Shown here: positions 59,354-64,000 of the stretch, one piece after another
How the letters are laid out: each line of letters opens with the position of its first letter
Numbering within the stretch: the stretch's first letter is position 1
Source: Candidatus Roizmanbacteria bacterium
GTDB taxonomy: Bacteria > Patescibacteriota > Microgenomatia > UBA1406 > GWC2-37-13
NCBI GenBank assembly: GCA_963845895.1
Contig: CAWJTN010000001.1
Span: forward strand, 747,063-811,062
Reading direction: 5' to 3'
Length of the DNA stretch: 64,000 bases
The notes under the pieces: model-generated
The model's input: only the letters and a program-made list of their open reading frames with translations
Databases searched by the model: none
What the model was told of the DNA's origin: nothing
Translations under genes and position numbers: made by a program

Positions 59354-62302
59354 ATGAAGAAATTTATTTTTCTTTTTTCATTCTTTATTATTCTTTCTTC
59401 ACTATTAACTGTTTCTGCTCAAAGTCCAACTATAGTCATAGGTAACGGTGATGCCAATGGAGATGGAGTAGTAAATTCAAAAGATTTACTTGCTGTTTTT
59501 CAAAATTACAACAAATCATTAGGATTACCAACTGATCAATACGGAGATGGATTAGTTAATATGGTTGATCTTGGAGTTGTCATAAATTCAATCCTTAATC
59601 CTTCTCCAACGCCAACCAACATACCAACACCAACAGGACCAACACCAACACCAGGACCAGTTGGCAGTGACTGGTCCATGGCTGCTGCTAATCCCCAAAG
59701 GACATCTCATAACTCTGTTGAGGTGTCAGGCAATCTTTCAGTTGAGTGGTACCGTCCGTTTGGTCCATACATCGACCAAAAAACACAAGTAATAGCCACA
59801 AATGGACAAATTTTTGTGTCAACCTCTAAAGGTCTTTATGCCATTAATGCTTCAACTGGGACGCAACAATGGGTCTTTGGAACCGATATGCCTCTCGGCA
59901 ACGCTCCAACAATTGCAACGGTAAATGGAAAATTAGTTGCTTATGTCGGGGGAATGGACCATAGACTCTATGCAGTTGATGTTGCAGCGAGTAATACGGC
60001 CGGTTCAGGCGTGCTCTTAGCAGGATTCACCCCTTATGAAGCCGGTGTTGGATATGAAACCAACCCCTTAGTAATTAATGATTCATTTACTAGTAATCAA
60101 CCGGTGGTTTTTATTGGCAACCGTGACAGCAATTTCTACGCTTTTAATGCGACAACCGGAGCCAAAATTTGGAGTTACACAACCGGTGGACCGATCAGAT
60201 TTTCTGCTGCCTATAAAAATGGCGTTGTTTATTTCGGTGCCGATGACAATGTCGCCTATGCCTTAAACGTCACCGACGGCTCACTGAAATGGAAAACACC
60301 AACACCGGGGACAACCGGAGCCCTGCCCGGAGTGGGGTTCTCCACTTATTGGCCGGTTATCTATAACAATCCTGGAGACGGAAAGGACTACGTCATGTTT
60401 AGCGGATCAAAAAAGGCAACTTGGCTCTGGTTTGAGGACACAAACTACTCTGTTAACTACAATTACGAAACATATTCAGACCCAAACAACATGTTCAACG
60501 GCAACAACGGATGCTCACTGGTAAGTGGTAATACGTATAACTGTGCGATTATCTCGAACTATTTTGCCAACAAAAAAGATCAGCGGCATTTTTTCGTTTT
60601 TGACGCTTCAACCGGGTCAGAAATGAGTAATCCTTATCCGCCGGTCAATTGGGCTGGGGTGACCAGAGGAGGGAATAAGTTTCCGCCGATCGTTAGTGGA
60701 GATAACAAAGTCTACACGTTCATTGGTTTTAATAATGCCGGACCAAACTCGACGACCGGAACGCAGGGGTGGATTTCTGGATGGAATTTCGGAACAACTC
60801 AAACGACCAGAATTTACAATCCTTCGAGTGGCGCAGGGGATGAACCAGTCGCTTTTACTAGTGGCGGGAATTTAATTTATTGGGGCGAAGGCATTAATGC
60901 CGACACTTTCGGTACTGTGGACATTACTAAACCAGTGGGGTCTAATAGGTATACCTGGGATCCGCGAAGCGTGTCGAGCATTGATTTAAGTTCGTTATTT
61001 GGTGGCGCTAATGGGGTCTATAGTTACTTAGACGGAACGGGAAATTTTAGCCCGATCCCATATAGTGGCCGTTTATATATCATTGTTGGTAATACCTTGG
61101 TAGCTTTGAGTAGCAACGGTGGAGCAAGAAATGCTGGAACAAGCGCTGTTCCTTCGAGTCAGCAAACTCAACCAATTTCGATCACAACTTCTGATCTGCA
61201 GACAAAGTTGGGGACAGAAATTCAAAAAATAATCAGTGCTGGACATCTTCGCCCGGGCTTTATGGATTCGGGTATTCTGGCGGGGGATATGGATGACCAC
61301 CATGACGGAAACATTTTGCCCGGCAATCAGCTGGAACAATATTTCACTGCTCCTGGTCAAACATTGGCCACTTTGGCGTCGGCAATGCCGTATCTTTCGG
61401 CCAGTTTGCAGAGTCAACTGAAAACTTATTTACAGACAGAAGAGACAAATTATCCTGTGGAAACAATCACCGATATTGGTTGGAGAAATGGAGCCAAACG
61501 GGAAATTTATGATGATACTTCAGAAATCACCGCCTACCTGACTTGGTCTGACAGCGTGAATTATCCAACCGCGACAACCCCAAGAAATTATTACCGCAAC
61601 TACAACAATCTAGCCGTTATACCGGTCAATAATTCTAATGTTCTTCTCCCGGATGCATTTTACGGAGCATGGAAATATGCCGTGGCTGAGGGATTTACTG
61701 CTGCTCAGGCGAAAGCGCTTTTTGACAAGATGAGCGGTAAATTACCAGTCGCGGGGACGAATAATGACATGACTAACGCTAATTTGATTACCTATCCTTA
61801 CATTCTGAATGAATATATTGACGGGTATAGAGGTTACGTTGAGCTGGAAAAGTTATCCGGCTATACAACAGACATCTCTCAAAGTTCTAAATACGCAGAA
61901 TATACCAGGTTGGTTAATTTAAGAATTAATAACTTTAGCGAAGCTTCAAATTTTGGGACGGGTTGGGATTATAACCATGCCATGAATGTCTCTCGGAATT
62001 TTATGTACATGACACCGGAGTTGGCAGCAATTCTTCGGACAAATAAACTTTCAGCCGTTCAGACAGCGATAAACGATTATCAGGTTTTGGAACCTTATTG
62101 GTTTGTTTCAAAATATGACCGAACTTATGGAGAAGCTGTATTTCAACCGCTTTATGATCACGCTGCACTTTTTCAAGCGATGGCCTATGTTCTCCAGCAG
62201 CCGCAAAGTACCCTGGTGAAGTATCTTGACGAACCGGCTTTCTATCAAGGTGACCTCTTCTACATTCAAAATCTGGTGGCTGCTCTTCAAGCACCACAGT
62301 AG
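59354..62302 (+). CDS. Secreted dockerin-like + PQQ-type beta-propeller protein, paralogue 3
   Basis: SP ..LTVSA/QSPT and the dockerin cassette. LYAINASTGTQQWVF, FYAFNATTGAKIWSY and AYALNVTDGSLKWKT are propeller blades. The C-terminus is near-identical to paralogue 2 (..FYIQNLVAALQAPQ). Confidence 0.85.
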   Translation: MKKFIFLFSFFIILSSLLTVSAQSPTIVIGNGDANGDGVVNSKDLLAVFQNYNKSLGLPTDQYGDGLVNMVDLGVVINSILNPSPTPTNIPTPTGPTPTPGPVGSDWSMAAANPQRTSHNSVEVSGNLSVEWYRPFGPYIDQKTQVIATNGQIFVSTSKGLYAINASTGTQQWVFGTDMPLGNAPTIATVNGKLVAYVGGMDHRLYAVDVAASNTAGSGVLLAGFTPYEAGVGYETNPLVINDSFTSNQPVVFIGNRDSNFYAFNATTGAKIWSYTTGGPIRFSAAYKNGVVYFGADDNVAYALNVTDGSLKWKTPTPGTTGALPGVGFSTYWPVIYNNPGDGKDYVMFSGSKKATWLWFEDTNYSVNYNYETYSDPNNMFNGNNGCSLVSGNTYNCAIISNYFANKKDQRHFFVFDASTGSEMSNPYPPVNWAGVTRGGNKFPPIVSGDNKVYTFIGFNNAGPNSTTGTQGWISGWNFGTTQTTRIYNPSSGAGDEPVAFTSGGNLIYWGEGINADTFGTVDITKPVGSNRYTWDPRSVSSIDLSSLFGGANGVYSYLDGTGNFSPIPYSGRLYIIVGNTLVALSSNGGARNAGTSAVPSSQQTQPISITTSDLQTKLGTEIQKIISAGHLRPGFMDSGILAGDMDDHHDGNILPGNQLEQYFTAPGQTLATLASAMPYLSASLQSQLKTYLQTEETNYPVETITDIGWRNGAKREIYDDTSEITAYLTWSDSVNYPTATTPRNYYRNYNNLAVIPVNNSNVLLPDAFYGAWKYAVAEGFTAAQAKALFDKMSGKLPVAGTNNDMTNANLITYPYILNEYIDGYRGYVELEKLSGYTTDISQSSKYAEYTRLVNLRINNFSEASNFGTGWDYNHAMNVSRNFMYMTPELAAILRTNKLSAVQTAINDYQVLEPYWFVSKYDRTYGEAVFQPLYDHAALFQAMAYVLQQPQSTLVKYLDEPAFYQGDLFYIQNLVAALQAPQ

Positions 62303-62312
62303 ATGCATTATG

Positions 62313-62362
62313 CGAATAATCGCGAATCAGAATACCATTCGAATTTTTACGAATTCGCGAAT
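62313..62362 (+). promoter_or_regulatory. Five CGAAT motifs (spacing 10, 17, 10, 8 bp) abutting the -35 box
   Basis: CGAAT at 62313, 62323, 62340, 62350 and 62358. Confidence 0.35.
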
Positions 62363-62391
62363 TTGACTACTTACTAAATTATTGCTAGATT
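62363..62391 (+). promoter_or_regulatory. Promoter TTGACT-N17-TAGATT, 7 nt before the ATG
   Basis: -35 at 62363-62368, -10 at 62386-62391, ATG at 62399. Confidence 0.5.
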
Positions 62392-62398
62392 TAGAGTA

Positions 62399-64000
62399 AT
62401 GAAAAAGTTTGTCTTTTTTGTTCTCTTCTTTTTCATAATTATCTATCCTTTATTTTTTATTAATCATACTTCTTCTGTTTCTGCTCAATCTCCAACAATT
62501 GCCATTGGTAACGGTGATGCCAACTCTGATGGGAAGGTAGACGCAAAAGACATCCTTACCGAGATCCTAAACTATGGTAAAACAAATCAAACACTACCTC
62601 TTGATCAGTATGGAGATGGACTAATTAACATGGTTGATGTTGGAGAGGTTATTTATCGAATTTTTGCTCCTGCCGCCACTCCCACGCCAACCAATGCTCC
62701 AACACCAACGACGATTACACCCCCGCCGGCCAATACTTATAGTATCGGAGCACCCGACAGCAAGCTTTTTTATGGATCGTTTGAAGGCTTTGGAGCCGAG
62801 TTTGATCCATTTGTCTGGAATCCAAATGTCAATCCCGGAGTAACCCAAGCCGACTGGAATTTGATCACCGGTCGAATCCAAGAGATGCAGCTGCCCTTTG
62901 TCAGGATATGGATCCAGCTTTACTGGATGCTTAAATCGGCAGATCTTACACAGTGGGACTACAACAATGCTCGTATGCAGTCAGTCTATAAATATCTTGA
63001 TTTTGCTTGTCAAAACAATATCGACGTCATCTTAAACGACTGGAATTGGTCTTTCTGGCCAAGCTATGGTTTCTACAACGGTAACTCGGCCGATTCACGC
63101 TATACGCAAGGTATTGCCGATTACTTAAAATATTTAATTCAGACTAAAGGCTACAGCTGTATTAAATATTTTATCCTTGGCAATGAGAGTGATAATGAAT
63201 TTATCGGGTCGGGCAAGTCATTTAATGATTTTGTTATCATGCAGCAAAATATGGATCAAGCCTTGAGAAATGATGGCATCCGTGACCAAATCAAGTTTAT
63301 CGGTCCAGATCCTGCTTGTTGTTCAGGTCTGTACACGCAAACTCTGCAAAGCTCCCTCCACTCGACTTTTGACGGTTATGACGTACATATTTATCAGGAT
63401 CCAAGCCTAATAGCATCAGGTGATCTTTGGTGGAGGATTGAACAGTACAGAGACGATTACACAAGAAATTATTCACCAGATCCGGCAACTGATATGAGTA
63501 AACCACATTTTGTCACTGAGGCAGGGAGGACCACTGGAGTTTCTGATGCTTTTGACGGGGCTTTAGATATGGCTGATTATGGAACCATAGCTCTTTCAAC
63601 AAAAGTCCAGGGAGTGAGCGAATGGAATATGTTCGATGAATATTATGATCAGGAACATAGCGATACGGAGAGTCATACTACGATACCCTGGGGTTTGTGG
63701 AAATATAAAGATTCTAACTGGTCGCTTCGACCGTGGAGTCATACCTGGGGATTACTTGTGCGGTTTGCTCCGAAAGGCAGCATCCGTGCACCGGTTGTTT
63801 ACCCAGGACAATCCAAAGCTACGCCAAATACTGATACGGATTCAGGTCATCCGCCAACCGGTTCACTAAGATTGGCTGCCTTAAAACGACCAGACGGTAA
63901 ATGGAGTATATTTATCGTTAATAGAAATTCGTCAGCCACCACAATCACTATTAGATTGCCTGATTCAAGTACACACCAGTTTACTAAATATTTGGCAACA
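62399..64000 (+). CDS. Secreted dockerin-like + Pro/Thr linker + clan-A (GH5/GH30-like) glycoside hydrolase, 3' end beyond the window
   Basis: Not in the ORF track because no stop lies in the window. My hand translation is open from ATG 62399 to 64000: MKKFVFFVLFF..SVSAQSPTIAIGNGDANSDGKVDAKDIL..DQYGDGLINMVDVGEV. FILGNESDNEF is NE acid/base-like and HFVTEAGR is TE nucleophile-like. Confidence 0.8.
   Translation, partial: MKKFVFFVLFFFIIIYPLFFINHTSSVSAQSPTIAIGNGDANSDGKVDAKDILTEILNYGKTNQTLPLDQYGDGLINMVDVGEVIYRIFAPAATPTPTNAPTPTTITPPPANTYSIGAPDSKLFYGSFEGFGAEFDPFVWNPNVNPGVTQADWNLITGRIQEMQLPFVRIWIQLYWMLKSADLTQWDYNNARMQSVYKYLDFACQNNIDVILNDWNWSFWPSYGFYNGNSADSRYTQGIADYLKYLIQTKGYSCIKYFILGNESDNEFIGSGKSFNDFVIMQQNMDQALRNDGIRDQIKFIGPDPACCSGLYTQTLQSSLHSTFDGYDVHIYQDPSLIASGDLWWRIEQYRDDYTRNYSPDPATDMSKPHFVTEAGRTTGVSDAFDGALDMADYGTIALSTKVQGVSEWNMFDEYYDQEHSDTESHTTIPWGLWKYKDSNWSLRPWSHTWGLLVRFAPKGSIRAPVVYPGQSKATPNTDTDSGHPPTGSLRLAALKRPDGKWSIFIVNRNSSATTITIRLPDSSTHQFTKYLAT

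Noticed and set aside
50007-62308. Numerous 60-118-aa ORFs in alternative frames or antisense within the dockerin-cassette genes (e.g. 50007-50363, 50367-50711, 53519-53806, 55620-55907, 57809-58069, 61073-61417, 62001-62297).
   Set aside because: All are nested in long ORFs with signal peptides and recognisable domains. This block's higher GC content makes spurious open frames more likely.

Overview
AT-rich bacterial DNA that reads cleanly with the standard bacterial code: TAA, TAG and TGA all terminate well-delimited ORFs. The gene content suggests an uncultivated small-genome lineage such as Patescibacteria/CPR, but that placement is inference only. It includes five GT-C-like polytopic membrane proteins, one 2,604-aa surface protein, a minimal T4SS-like module and very little metabolism. 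I see six blocks. (1) 0.1-18.9 kb is an accessory, mobile-element-like block. It holds DUF2958, a two-domain processive-type GT2 synthase with a GT-C/LysM partner, and an XRE regulator. It also holds an N6-adenine methyltransferase + DUF262-HNH + DUF2130 module and a LexA/S24-led minus-strand operon (DUF3892, small ORF, HNH-like). A T4SS-like module follows: VirB2-like pilin, pilin-VirB6-like fusion, PrgI/VirB3-like, split VirB4 ATPase and M23 hydrolase. The block ends with a Nuc-like PLD nuclease. (2) 19.2-22.0 kb holds housekeeping genes (M16 peptidase, prepilin peptidase). (3) 22.5-32.3 kb holds an HTH-polytopic-Cache protein followed by a giant collagen-like (Gly-X-Y, GPT-rich) protein. 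(4) 32.3-46.5 kb is an envelope glycosylation island: GT-C-like x4, GT2 x2, a beta-lactamase-fold hydrolase, a pentapeptide-repeat protein, an SDR epimerase/reductase and a ColD/E1-type sugar 3-dehydratase. An IS481-like element interrupts it. (5) 46.6-48.8 kb holds LytR_C-type paralogues and ndk. (6) 48.8-64.0 kb is an array of six secreted proteins sharing a signal peptide + dockerin-like + Pro/Thr-linker cassette. The catalytic or binding parts are PQQ-type beta-propellers, GH140-like, CBM6 and a clan-A glycosidase. Each gene has its own promoter placed so that transcription should start at the ATG (leaderless). Several repeat families are superimposed. One is a nested GC-rich palindromic element that also sits in frame inside two protein-coding genes. 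Others are long 'GCGAAGCAATCTC'-type hairpins, phased CGAAT arrays and TTTACAAGT motifs. I found no rRNA, tRNA or CRISPR array by eye.
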